Shown here: positions 30,828-39,958 of the stretch, piece after piece | Layout of the letters: each line of letters begins with the position of its first letter | Numbering within the stretch: the first letter of the stretch is position 1 | Origin: Rhodospirillaceae bacterium | Lineage (GTDB): Bacteria; Pseudomonadota; Alphaproteobacteria; UBA7887 | Assembly (NCBI GenBank): GCA_002728255.1 | Contig: PBWV01000044.1 | Location: 17,927 to 81,926 of the forward strand | Reading direction: 5' to 3' | Length of the DNA stretch: 64,000 nt | Notes under the pieces: model-generated | Databases searched by the model: none | Told to the model about the DNA's origin: nothing | Seen by the model: the letters and a program-made list of their open reading frames with translations, nothing else | Position numbers and translations under genes: made by a program

Positions 30828-31454
30828 TCATGATACAGGGGATATCGACTGACGTCTCTCCTTCGACAGAGAATTGTTGAAAGTCACTTTGCACTCGATC
30901 GTACAAAATTGCTTTGTACTTCTGCTTTGAGCCCGTCGCCTCCCTTTGCCACCCCCCTTGAAAAACAACACATTACACTGCTTGCATCGACCTACTTTCC
31001 TATCTCGTAGAGTTTGGCCCACCTGAAGCCATAGCCACGATGAAAAGTCTCTTGGCACACATCTAAATTCGAGTCCAGACTTATACGCGTTTGGCGAATA
31101 AGATGCCTCCACTCCCGATTGACGCGACCAACCTTCGGCATACTTTGTGGTAGCATGCTCAGCATCCCCTGAAGCGGAAATCGACAAAACAGCTCGGATG
31201 GAGGTCACTTCTTGCTCCCAGGTAGCGATAGATTCCGCCTGGTCCGACGGATCTTTGAGTAGTCCGAACCGCCCTGCAAACTCCAACACCTGTTCAGGCG
31301 TACAATCAAGATTCGCGAACTCTAAGCAAATCGACTCCGCAAATTCTTCCCGTAAACAGGCCAGAGCCTGGGCTTTGGTAGCACTATTCGCGTATAGCAC
31401 TCCATCCACACATCTATAACCAGAACCTGAAATCTGCCAAGTAAACCAGATCAT
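30828..31454 (-). CDS. Hypothetical protein with C-terminal CGNR-like zinc finger
   Basis: CKQC...F...R...FCTIEC followed by a basic tail; SD-like GGAG upstream. Confidence 0.6.
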   Translation of the reverse strand: MIWFTWQISGSGYRCVDGVLYANSATKAQALACLREEFAESICLEFANLDCTPEQVLEFAGRFGLLKDPSDQAESIATWEQEVTSIRAVLSISASGDAEHATTKYAEGWSRQSGVEASYSPNAYKSGLEFRCVPRDFSSWLWLQVGQTLRDRKVGRCKQCNVLFFKGGGKGRRRAQSRSTKQFCTIECKVTFNNSLSKERRQSISPVS

Positions 31455-31579
31455 TAGGGTCCACTCTATCTCCCTTTTACCGCACTCCCTTCTAGCATAC
31501 CTAAATCATACCCGTTAAACTACGTAAGCAAAGCTCCAATTATTTAGTGGGAGTACCATCAGCAATTAGGGAACCTATA

Positions 31580-32512
31580 ATGGCCCCATTTCAGACAATA
31601 TGCGAAGACCTCAAATTTCCAGAGGGCCCTATCGCCATGCCGGATGGGTCGATAATTTTAGTTGAAATAGCCCGGGGTACACTTACTCGCGTTCTTGCCA
31701 GTGGGGAAACAGAAGTCATTTGCGAAACCGGAGGAGGCCCCAATGGAGCCGCGATAGGCCCCGACGGCGCTTGTTATATCTGCAACAATGGAGGTTTCGA
31801 CTGGGACAACGACCCGAAAACTGGAACATTGAGACCCTTAAGCCAATCTAAAGACTACGTTACGGGCCGTATAGAGCGGGTTGACCTGGCGACTGGCAAA
31901 ATAGAACGTTTGTACGAAAAGTGTGGTGACCACAAACTCAACGGCCCGAATGATCTAGTCTTTGATAGAAAAGGGAACATGTGGTTCACAGATCTTGGCA
32001 AAACCAGGTTACGGGATAGGGATCATGGAGCAGTGTATTGGGCCCGCCCAGACGGATCTGAGATCAGGGAGGTTATCCAGCCCATCACCACACCAAATGG
32101 CATTGGCCTCTCACCAGACGAAAAAACCTTATTCGTCGCGGAAACAGAGGGGGCGAGATTGTATGGATTCCCCATAATAACAGACGGCAAAGTTGAAAAA
32201 TTGCCTTTTCCTGGATCATTAAATGGAGGAAAACTAATAACTTGTGATGGAGGACTGAGACGATTTGATTCCCTGGCACTCGAAGCTAACGGAAACATAT
32301 GTGTGGCTACTCTTGTTACAGGCGGAATAACGGTAGCAAACTCCAACGGAGGGACAGAGGAATTCGTCCCAACCAATGACCCATTTACCACCAATATCTG
32401 CTTTGGTGGACCTAAATTAGAGACGGCCTTCATAACACTTTCATGGCACGGACTATTAGCCAAGGTTAATTGGCCACGCGCAGGCCTTCCTTTAAATTTC
32501 TTAAATACTTGA
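31580..32512 (+). CDS. SMP-30/gluconolactonase family protein
   Basis: FPEGP, GGPNG, PNDLVFD, PNGIGLSPD, TNICFGG beta-propeller motifs. Confidence 0.92.
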   Translation: MAPFQTICEDLKFPEGPIAMPDGSIILVEIARGTLTRVLASGETEVICETGGGPNGAAIGPDGACYICNNGGFDWDNDPKTGTLRPLSQSKDYVTGRIERVDLATGKIERLYEKCGDHKLNGPNDLVFDRKGNMWFTDLGKTRLRDRDHGAVYWARPDGSEIREVIQPITTPNGIGLSPDEKTLFVAETEGARLYGFPIITDGKVEKLPFPGSLNGGKLITCDGGLRRFDSLALEANGNICVATLVTGGITVANSNGGTEEFVPTNDPFTTNICFGGPKLETAFITLSWHGLLAKVNWPRAGLPLNFLNT

Positions 32513-32632
32513 GCCCGTCGGCCCCATTTTATTCGGGTTGAAGCGTCTATTCATTGACCCCTGAAACTCACAACTTGCACTTTTTGAAGGCGCTTGTTGT
32601 TATTTGACTGGCGCTCACCGGAACCTCGTTTT

Positions 32633-33469
32633 TTAATTCTCGAAAACAGCTACCAACCTAGTCTCGATACTTCTACGAGGAAGTGGTCCTCCCACGTTTT
32701 CTGGGTAGTCAAAGGAGGTATGCGGACAATACACTGATCGGTCTGGTCGCGAATCGAGCTGCTTCATAATCAACACCTCATCAGTTGACATATTAGCAAA
32801 ATAACAAAACTGGTGAGAAGCACTATATACTGGCGCAGCCACCAAACTCCCTTCTTCACTCCTTCCAGTGTAATAATAATCAATGACGTCTTCCTCGGGT
32901 AAAGACTCCCAGTCTATAAATGCCAATGGATTATTTTCGACAAGATTATCAAACGGCTGCCAGGTGTTAAAAAAAGCAAACTTCCAATTTTTCTGTATCT
33001 CCACTCCATACCGACCGAGCACATCCGCTGCTAATTTACCAAGCGTTCTTACATTGTAGTCACAGTGCACAAACCGAGCGTACCCATCATTAAAATCTAC
33101 AGGAGTTTCAGTCCGCACTAAATGATTCAGTACATACGCAGACTGTGCACCAGTCACACGACAAATGAGATTCTTCATCTCGTCATGGTAAACCCTAGAG
33201 ACTTCTTCATTATCCCTAAAGTTCTTTACCATACTTACATTGCCATCCATCGTGAAACCCGATTTATCCAAATTAGCCCCACCTGAGGCCACACGATTTC
33301 TCACATCAGTAATCTCAACATCATGAAAGGAGGTAGCGGCCCTGCGGCTCTCTCGAGATCCTATCCGAGGAGCCTCTCCCCGCTCTTTCCATACTGGGTC
33401 AACGTACCGTACTTTAGCTACGATCCTATCTCTTCCGCGAGAACCCATTCTCTCTGACATTCCGCTCAC
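32633..33469 (-). CDS. CmcJ/NvfI family Fe(II)/2OG-type oxidoreductase
   Basis: VHCDY, NTWQP...PLAF.D, PHTSF, RRSIETR pattern. Confidence 0.8.
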   Translation of the reverse strand: MSGMSERMGSRGRDRIVAKVRYVDPVWKERGEAPRIGSRESRRAATSFHDVEITDVRNRVASGGANLDKSGFTMDGNVSMVKNFRDNEEVSRVYHDEMKNLICRVTGAQSAYVLNHLVRTETPVDFNDGYARFVHCDYNVRTLGKLAADVLGRYGVEIQKNWKFAFFNTWQPFDNLVENNPLAFIDWESLPEEDVIDYYYTGRSEEGSLVAAPVYSASHQFCYFANMSTDEVLIMKQLDSRPDRSVYCPHTSFDYPENVGGPLPRRSIETRLVAVFEN

Positions 33470-33474
33470 ACCTA

Positions 33475-33687
33475 CTAAACCCCCGCTTCCTGTTCAGATT
33501 CTTGTAATTCCTTGAGGAGCTTTTTCCAAGAACGTGGAGGTAACAAACAAATGTTATCATCTCTAACAAAGGCGCACTTTTTCCTCGTAGAATTGTTACG
33601 ACAGGTGTTAGGATTGGAGTGCCGGCAACCCAGCGTTTGCTCCTCGGTATCATGTTCGGTTAGCGGTCTTCTTTGATCAACTTTCAC
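33475..33687 (-). CDS. Small Cys-rich hypothetical protein (70 aa)
   Basis: GCRHSNPNTC...CAFVRDDNICLLPPRSW; GTG start with GGAAG upstream; stop 5 nt before the next gene. Confidence 0.65.
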   Translation of the reverse strand: MKVDQRRPLTEHDTEEQTLGCRHSNPNTCRNNSTRKKCAFVRDDNICLLPPRSWKKLLKELQESEQEAGV

Positions 33688-33979
33688 TATTTATCTTCCA
33701 CTTTTTACACTGCTCAGTGAGTATAGCAGAAAATCAATGTTACTGTAATTCAATCGTAGCATGATTAACTCCTGTTTCCTCACCTCAATTGCCGATTTTC
33801 CGAGTTGGAATATGCCAGCCAAACTGGCCACCTTCAACAAAAGCTATGGCAATATATAGCTCTATTTGTACGGGTTGTAACCACCCTTTTCCGCCACTTA
33901 GAAACTAATAGCCGTTTCCGAACCTATATGTTTTGAACAATTTCCCCGGAAGAAGGGTTCCTGACTACTTCTTCCACTA

Positions 33980-34492
33980 CTACTGACCTAGCTGTTTCCT
34001 AATATCTTGAACTCTCCGATCCGCTTCCATGTGGCTCAACGCTTCACAACGTAGCTTTGGTCCTGAGTTAACCCATGACACCCCGTCCGCCGCTCGCAAC
34101 GCATAAGTGCTCGTCCAAGCAAACCTATTAAGGGTGTGCCGCCGTATTGTAGCTGGGGACTCCGCTACTCCAGTCCGCTCCTCGATTGGCACATAGGCAT
34201 TCTCAAGCCATATATAATGCCGTCCTGTTTCTTTGTACTCCGGTAACACGCTAGATTGTTTGAAACCTCCGGGCCCACCGATGTAAACCTCGAGGGCCTC
34301 ATCATGGAACTTGAACAACACCCCCCGAACTGCTTGGCCCGAAGAAACCGCCGGAATATTATCGAGGTTCTCCTCCCCATCGACGCATACAATTGCCTTG
34401 CCCCTTAACGCAAAACGCTCCTGCGCCTCCGCCCCAAGGCCTCCCAATAACAAGAGTAGGGCAAGCGCAGTGAGAATTCCCTTGTTTATCAT
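33980..34492 (-). CDS. Secreted hypothetical protein
   Basis: Signal peptide (ALALLLLLGGLGAEA), two Cys near the ends of the mature region; no family recognised. Confidence 0.65.
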   Translation of the reverse strand: MINKGILTALALLLLLGGLGAEAQERFALRGKAIVCVDGEENLDNIPAVSSGQAVRGVLFKFHDEALEVYIGGPGGFKQSSVLPEYKETGRHYIWLENAYVPIEERTGVAESPATIRRHTLNRFAWTSTYALRAADGVSWVNSGPKLRCEALSHMEADRRVQDIRKQLGQ

Positions 34493-34952
34493 TTGCCACC
34501 TTTTCAAAACTGCAAACAGAGGCTATGCCTCAGGAAACAATCCTCAAGCAACTTCTCCCAACTTAATCTATGGATCCAAGAAATGTCCAGAAGAGAAATT
34601 AGCAACCCCAAGATTCTCACAAAATAAATTCCCAAATGAAGGGGTTTCCAGTTCTGTTGTTGGCCCCTCTCAGGTTCCATAAACATCTAATGCCATCTAA
34701 ACCCCGAATCCCAGCCAAGGAAAAATGTTCAGACCTCTTTGGGAAAAGAAATTCAACCCGAACTATTGGGCAGGTGGCCGATTTGCTCTACAACCCGAGT
34801 ATCCACCTCCAGGCCCAACCCATTATCCCTATCAAGAAACAAATTAGTGCAAACCACAAATAAGTGTTTCCAAAAAACTTCGCCATATACAACCCTTCAG
34901 GATCGTCTTGCCCGTTCTGCGATTCACAAGTTGGAAAGCACAAAACGGGACT

Positions 34953-34991
34953 AAAAGTGTCAAACTTTTCTATAAAAAGTGTCAAACTTTT
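34953..34991. repeat. Two 17-bp direct repeats AAAAGTGTCAAACTTTT (22-bp period) next to the tRNA-Phe 3' end; putative integrase arm-type sites
   Basis: Exact copies at 34953-34969 and 34975-34991; each is an AAAAGT-N5-ACTTTT palindrome. Confidence 0.7.
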
Positions 34992-35041
34992 ACCCTGCCC
35001 CATTTGGACATCTCGTAAGTAACTGTTATTTATCGGAAAAA

Positions 35042-35117
<76 letters not shown>

Positions 35118-35177
35118 AACTCCGATCAAGCCTTATAATCAATGGTTAAAGCGCTGTCTAGGTAGACATAACCAACA

Positions 35178-35987
35178 CTACCCAATTTGGGCGGTTAAAC
35201 CGCCATCAATAACCAACTGAATTCCATTAATATATTTAGCTTCGTCAGACGCTAAAAATAGCGCCCCATACGCCACATCCCATGCATCACCCATACGCCC
35301 ACTCGGACACATCTGATGCCGTTTTTCTAACATTTTTTGGGAATCACCATAATGGCTTGGTAAATCCGCCCTGATCATGGGAGTATCCATAAGACCCGGT
35401 AGTATCGCATTGCATCGTATCCCCTGCCTCGCGTGCTCTACTGCTATGCTCTGGGTCAGTTGCACAATAGCCGCCTTACTAGCGCCATACGCGACATACG
35501 GGATACCAGTGTATCGAATGGCGGCTATACTTGAGACATTTATTATTGCACCCCTGCCCAAACCAATCATTACCGGCAATACCTCCTTGGTCGTGAGATA
35601 CATACTCTTGGTATTTACTGCAAAGACATGATCCCAGTCCTTTTCCTCCAGTTCAGTGGGACCGCCAAGCCTACCAATGATTCCCACATTATTATGAAGG
35701 ACATCGATACGACCATACTTTTGAACCGCAGTCTCTACTAGGTTCTGCACCGCCTTCCCAACCGTTACATCCACCTTAAGGGCAATGCACTCACCACCCT
35801 CTTTCACAATTAGATCCCGGGTCTCCTCAGCCGCCTCCTTACGAATATCGGATGCGATAACTTTAGCACCCTCCCTAGCAAATAATACAGCAGCAGCTTT
35901 GCCGTTGCCCCATCCAGGCCCAATCGAACCCGCCCCAGTAACTACCACAACTCTTCCTTCCAATCTGCCCGGCAAATGAACCTCCAA
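35178..35987 (-). CDS. Classical short-chain dehydrogenase/reductase
   Basis: TGAGSIGPGWGNG, NNVG, YGASK (YxxxK), PG motif. Confidence 0.92.
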   Translation of the reverse strand: MEVHLPGRLEGRVVVVTGAGSIGPGWGNGKAAAVLFAREGAKVIASDIRKEAAEETRDLIVKEGGECIALKVDVTVGKAVQNLVETAVQKYGRIDVLHNNVGIIGRLGGPTELEEKDWDHVFAVNTKSMYLTTKEVLPVMIGLGRGAIINVSSIAAIRYTGIPYVAYGASKAAIVQLTQSIAVEHARQGIRCNAILPGLMDTPMIRADLPSHYGDSQKMLEKRHQMCPSGRMGDAWDVAYGALFLASDEAKYINGIQLVIDGGLTAQIG

Positions 35988-36057
35988 TTATCACAAACTC
36001 TTGAGCTTCCCGTTACTTAAACATAACATGGACGATCAATTATGGAGAAACAAGAAA

Positions 36058-36858
36058 ATGGAATGGAGTCCAACTCAGATAAAGAGTTTTGAACAGGATG
36101 GATATTTGTTCATTCCCGATCTTTTTACTGAAGACGAAATCGAAACATTACGGTCCGATTTGCCTCGGATCTTCTCCCTTGATAGAGATGAAATCGAACG
36201 GGATGCTGATACCAATGAAGCTAGGTTAGCTCTCGCCATACACAAATACAGTGAGATTTTTGCCACCATGTTACGGCACCCACGTCTACTCAACCCTGCA
36301 CAGAAAATTCTTGGAGGAGAAGTTTACTGTCACCAATACAAAATAGTAACGAAAGAACCTTTTGGCCAACTAACCTTTCCGTGGCATCAAGATTTTGCAT
36401 CTTGGAGCGCCCATGATGGAATGCCTAAGCCACTAGCTATGAATTTTGCAGTATTTCTTGACGACGTAACGGAGTTTAATGGTCCAATCACGTTCATTCC
36501 CGGCTCCCATCGCCAGGGGAAACTGAGCTCACAAGCAGAGGCCCTTCCGGGAATTACCCCTCTATATACGATGGGAAGCGACTTAGTCTCCCAGCTTATA
36601 TCAGAAAACGGGATTGTTGCACCAAAAGGCAAGGCCGGCTCAGCCTTATTTTTCCATTCTTGTCTCGCGCACACTTCGTCTCCGAATATTTCACCTTGGC
36701 CAAGAAATATAGTTTACCTAACATGTAATCGGACAGATAATTTTATACGGAAACCTACTCGTCCATATTATTATGCGGACACTGATTTCTCACCACTCTC
36801 AGCTCTATCGGACGATTGCTTAAGCACTATAACAAACTCAACAAAAACCTATGCATAA
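36058..36858 (+). CDS. Phytanoyl-CoA dioxygenase family Fe(II)/2OG hydroxylase (EctD-like)
   Basis: FPWHQDF, FLDDV..NGP..FIPGSH, FHSCLAH.S..N...PR. Confidence 0.88.
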   Translation: MEWSPTQIKSFEQDGYLFIPDLFTEDEIETLRSDLPRIFSLDRDEIERDADTNEARLALAIHKYSEIFATMLRHPRLLNPAQKILGGEVYCHQYKIVTKEPFGQLTFPWHQDFASWSAHDGMPKPLAMNFAVFLDDVTEFNGPITFIPGSHRQGKLSSQAEALPGITPLYTMGSDLVSQLISENGIVAPKGKAGSALFFHSCLAHTSSPNISPWPRNIVYLTCNRTDNFIRKPTRPYYYADTDFSPLSALSDDCLSTITNSTKTYA

Positions 36859-36899
36859 AATTAACCCCTAGATATTTAGTAATTTCGTGGACCTTAAAT

Positions 36900-37454
36900 A
36901 TGGAACGACTATCACCACTCACTGATGACCAAATGAACGAGCGACAGCAGGCCATTTTGGAGGATATTCGCTCGGGCCCGCGGGGACCTTCTGCCCATGG
37001 CCCGTTTCTGGCCTGGCTACAAAGCCCAGACCTTGCAGACCGCGCCCAAAAACTTGGTGAATATTTACGTTTTGAAGCTAAAATGGAAAAACGCCTAGCG
37101 GAATTAGCAATTCTCACGGTAGCACGAAAATGGACTGCCCAATTTGAATGGTATGCCCATAAAAAATTTGCAATAGCGGCAGGGCTATCTGAGGACGTGA
37201 TAGATTCTATAGAACAACGAGAGCCGCCACACTTTGTTAATGAGGACGAAAAAGCCATATACAACTTTTCCATAGAACTGCAAGAGAGCCACTCAGTTGA
37301 TGATGTAACTTTTGATGAAGCGATTCGCCATATTGGCCGTACTGGAGTTACTGACCTAGTAGGCCTATTGGGCTATTACACCCTTGTATCCATGACCTTG
37401 AATGTGTACCAAATTCCATTACCAAATTCCGAGCCCCCTCCGCTTGACCCGTAA
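36900..37454 (+). CDS. Carboxymuconolactone decarboxylase (CMD/AhpD-like) family protein
   Basis: GPF.AWL.SP, ELAILTVAR...FEWYAH, LLGYY. Confidence 0.88.
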   Translation: MERLSPLTDDQMNERQQAILEDIRSGPRGPSAHGPFLAWLQSPDLADRAQKLGEYLRFEAKMEKRLAELAILTVARKWTAQFEWYAHKKFAIAAGLSEDVIDSIEQREPPHFVNEDEKAIYNFSIELQESHSVDDVTFDEAIRHIGRTGVTDLVGLLGYYTLVSMTLNVYQIPLPNSEPPPLDP

Positions 37455-37508
37455 GTCACTAGTACAAAAGCAGATATTTGAGAAACCCCACTTATACAGG
37501 AGCATAGT

Positions 37509-38504
37509 ATGAACATTGACAGCCTGAACGATATAGCTTCGGCAATAGTCTCTCCGGGAAAGGGCATTCTAGCTGCAGATGAGAGTAGCCCTACTATAAA
37601 AAAACGCTTCGATAGCATTGGGGTTGAGTCAACAGAGGAGAATCGGAAAAATTACAGAAATATGCTTTTCACTACTGAAGGCGTGAATAAGTATATCAGT
37701 GGCGTAATCCTATTTGATGAAACTATCCGCCAACAATCGCCAAACGGTGTACCGATGGTGGAAGTATTAAACGAAGCGGGAATGATCCCTGGAATCAAAG
37801 TGGATAAGGGGGCCAAGGCTCTCGCAAATACTTCTTCGGAAACAGTCACGGAAGGACTGGACGGACTAAGAGAACGCTGCCAAGAGTATGTGTCATTGGG
37901 TGCTAAGTTTGCTAAGTGGCGAGCCGTGATAAAAATTGGATCCAACACTCCTTCTGATTTATGTTTAGCAACAAATGTCCACGCTTTAGCTCGTTACGCG
38001 GCGTTGTGTCAGGAGACAGGTTTAGTACCAATCGTTGAACCAGAGGTTTTAATGGATGGAACACATGATATCGATCAATGTGAATCAATAACGGAAAATA
38101 CTCTCAAAGCTTTATACCATGAGCTTCACCGACAACGTGTTGTTTTAGAAGGAACTCTACTAAAGCCTAACATGGTAATCTCGGGCTCCGAATGCCCACA
38201 GCAAGCCAACGTAGAGGAAGTTGCACAGAGAACGGTGGCCTGCCTAAAACGTTCTGTTCCAGCCGCTGTACCAGGAATCGTCTTCTTATCAGGGGGACAA
38301 TCGGACGACGTAGCAACGTTGCACCTCAATTCGATGAATGCAAATACCAATGACCTCCCCTGGAAGTTATCATTTTCTTATGGCCGCGCTCTCCAAGCGG
38401 CTCCACTAAAGGCATGGGCAGGAAGCAATATTGACAAAGGAAAAGAGGCTTTCATGATGCGCGCAAAGGCTAACGGGGAAGCATGTCTCGGCAAGTTTAA
38501 GTGA
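37509..38504 (+). CDS. Fructose-bisphosphate aldolase class I
   Basis: GKGILAADES, FAKWRAV, IVEPEV, LLKPNMV (Schiff-base Lys), FLSGGQS, FSYGRALQ. Confidence 0.96.
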   Translation: MNIDSLNDIASAIVSPGKGILAADESSPTIKKRFDSIGVESTEENRKNYRNMLFTTEGVNKYISGVILFDETIRQQSPNGVPMVEVLNEAGMIPGIKVDKGAKALANTSSETVTEGLDGLRERCQEYVSLGAKFAKWRAVIKIGSNTPSDLCLATNVHALARYAALCQETGLVPIVEPEVLMDGTHDIDQCESITENTLKALYHELHRQRVVLEGTLLKPNMVISGSECPQQANVEEVAQRTVACLKRSVPAAVPGIVFLSGGQSDDVATLHLNSMNANTNDLPWKLSFSYGRALQAAPLKAWAGSNIDKGKEAFMMRAKANGEACLGKFK

Positions 38505-38509
38505 ACTGC

Positions 38510-39301
38510 TTAAAACTGATATAATAAAGAGATTATAATCTTTTGATCAAAATCTCTATCCCTAGTAATAGGTGCACTCATCCCAATTCCCACCTCCAAA
38601 GGAACTCCTTTTATTGGTGAACCAATGAACCCCCAAGAGGCGTTGATCACACTTTCGTTATCATCGCCAATGACAACCAGCTCACCATCTAACTCAAAAA
38701 TACCCCTCAATCGAGGTTGAAGCCAATAAGCCATTGCAAGGTTATATTCCAAACCAAGATCCTTTTCCGCCTCTGTTAGGGCATCTTCATTGAAGGGAAA
38801 CTCTAATCCGAAAAACCCAATGTATTCGAAGGGCCCATCGATAAAGCCACCATCTAAAAATGGTTTTACAATTATTTCATTGTTACTACCTATATCCTTC
38901 CCATCATCCCCAGTCGGCAACTCCAACTCTAGCCCTCCACCTAACAACGAAGTAGTACTTACCCCTCTAGCGAGCTTCAAAGCAATTTCGGCTACGTCCA
39001 GGTTATCTTGAGAACCACTTCCATCTGATGGATCACGGAACTTGTAAGGTATGTCAACTTCAATGCTAACCCCAGGCATGATAGCAAACTCGCCCTCTGG
39101 ATTAATTTCCAGCTCATCAGCACTGCTTGTCTCTGTTACTATGTATTCGAACCGAAACTCGGTATCTGGTGTCGGCGACTCGGCAACTAGTGGATGCGCA
39201 AGATCCGGGATGCCATCATCATCTGCCCAGCCAACCTTACTAGCTAAAGCGCACATAGCCACTACACATAGCAATAGAACCGGGATAACTCTATCTGCCA
39301 T
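38510..39301 (-). CDS. Putative outer-membrane beta-barrel protein
   Basis: Signal peptide, amphipathic beta-strand pattern, acidic loops, C-terminal LLYQF; start uncertain (39301-39367). Confidence 0.6.
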   Translation of the reverse strand: MADRVIPVLLLCVVAMCALASKVGWADDDGIPDLAHPLVAESPTPDTEFRFEYIVTETSSADELEINPEGEFAIMPGVSIEVDIPYKFRDPSDGSGSQDNLDVAEIALKLARGVSTTSLLGGGLELELPTGDDGKDIGSNNEIIVKPFLDGGFIDGPFEYIGFFGLEFPFNEDALTEAEKDLGLEYNLAMAYWLQPRLRGIFELDGELVVIGDDNESVINASWGFIGSPIKGVPLEVGIGMSAPITRDRDFDQKIIISLLYQF

Positions 39302-39403
39302 GCTTTTACTACCGCTTATGTTCTTAAATATTGTACCGATACTGTCCAACATGCCCTTCTCCCTCAATACACTTTAACCACGCACTTGGTAGCTCCCACA
39401 ACA

Positions 39404-39958
39404 TCACTTCCGGTCTTCTTCTGGCCAAAACATCACAAAGCCGTCACGGTTCGGCATTCTTACCATAGGCAAAGTAACAGCATTCATTACATCTACCTCG
39501 CCAATAATACCATTCTGAGCCAAAATATAAGCTGTAACCGCATATACCTCCGAATTACTCAGAGAAGCCGGTGCGTCATAGGGCATAGCTCTCCGTATAT
39601 AGTCAAAAATAGTCGTCGCGTAAGGCCAGTAACTCCCCACAGTTTTCAACGGCTCATCGGTGGCAAGAGATCCAATTCCTCCAACAAGAGGGTCAGCCAA
39701 TCCCAAACCCCCAGCCCCTCTTTGCCCATGGCAGTGCAGGCATCGATCCGTGAAAACTGTGAACCCCAACCGAGAATCGCCTTCACCATTGGGTAAACCG
39801 CTCCCCTCTGGACCAATGCTTATATCCCAGCCAGAAAGCGCCCCAGGTTCAACTGAAACCCCCAGTTTGGGCCCCTGTAATTCTCCCCCTAATGCAAAAC
39901 CTGAGAATGCAAACCCTGCAAAGAATACAAGCACCCGAAACGTCTTATATAAAAACAT
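39404..39958 (-). CDS. Monoheme cytochrome c, SoxD/SorB-like partner
   Basis: WDISIGPEG.GLP.G.G, CLHCH, TVGSYWPYATTIFDYIRRAMP, MPNRDGF; overlaps the soxC stop. Confidence 0.88.
   Translation of the reverse strand: MFLYKTFRVLVFFAGFAFSGFALGGELQGPKLGVSVEPGALSGWDISIGPEGSGLPNGEGDSRLGFTVFTDRCLHCHGQRGAGGLGLADPLVGGIGSLATDEPLKTVGSYWPYATTIFDYIRRAMPYDAPASLSNSEVYAVTAYILAQNGIIGEVDVMNAVTLPMVRMPNRDGFVMFWPEEDRK

Noticed and set aside
33872-33890. GGGT-N7-ACCC-TTTT terminator-like hairpin suggesting a plus-strand sRNA
   Set aside because: Stem only 4 bp and no supporting promoter
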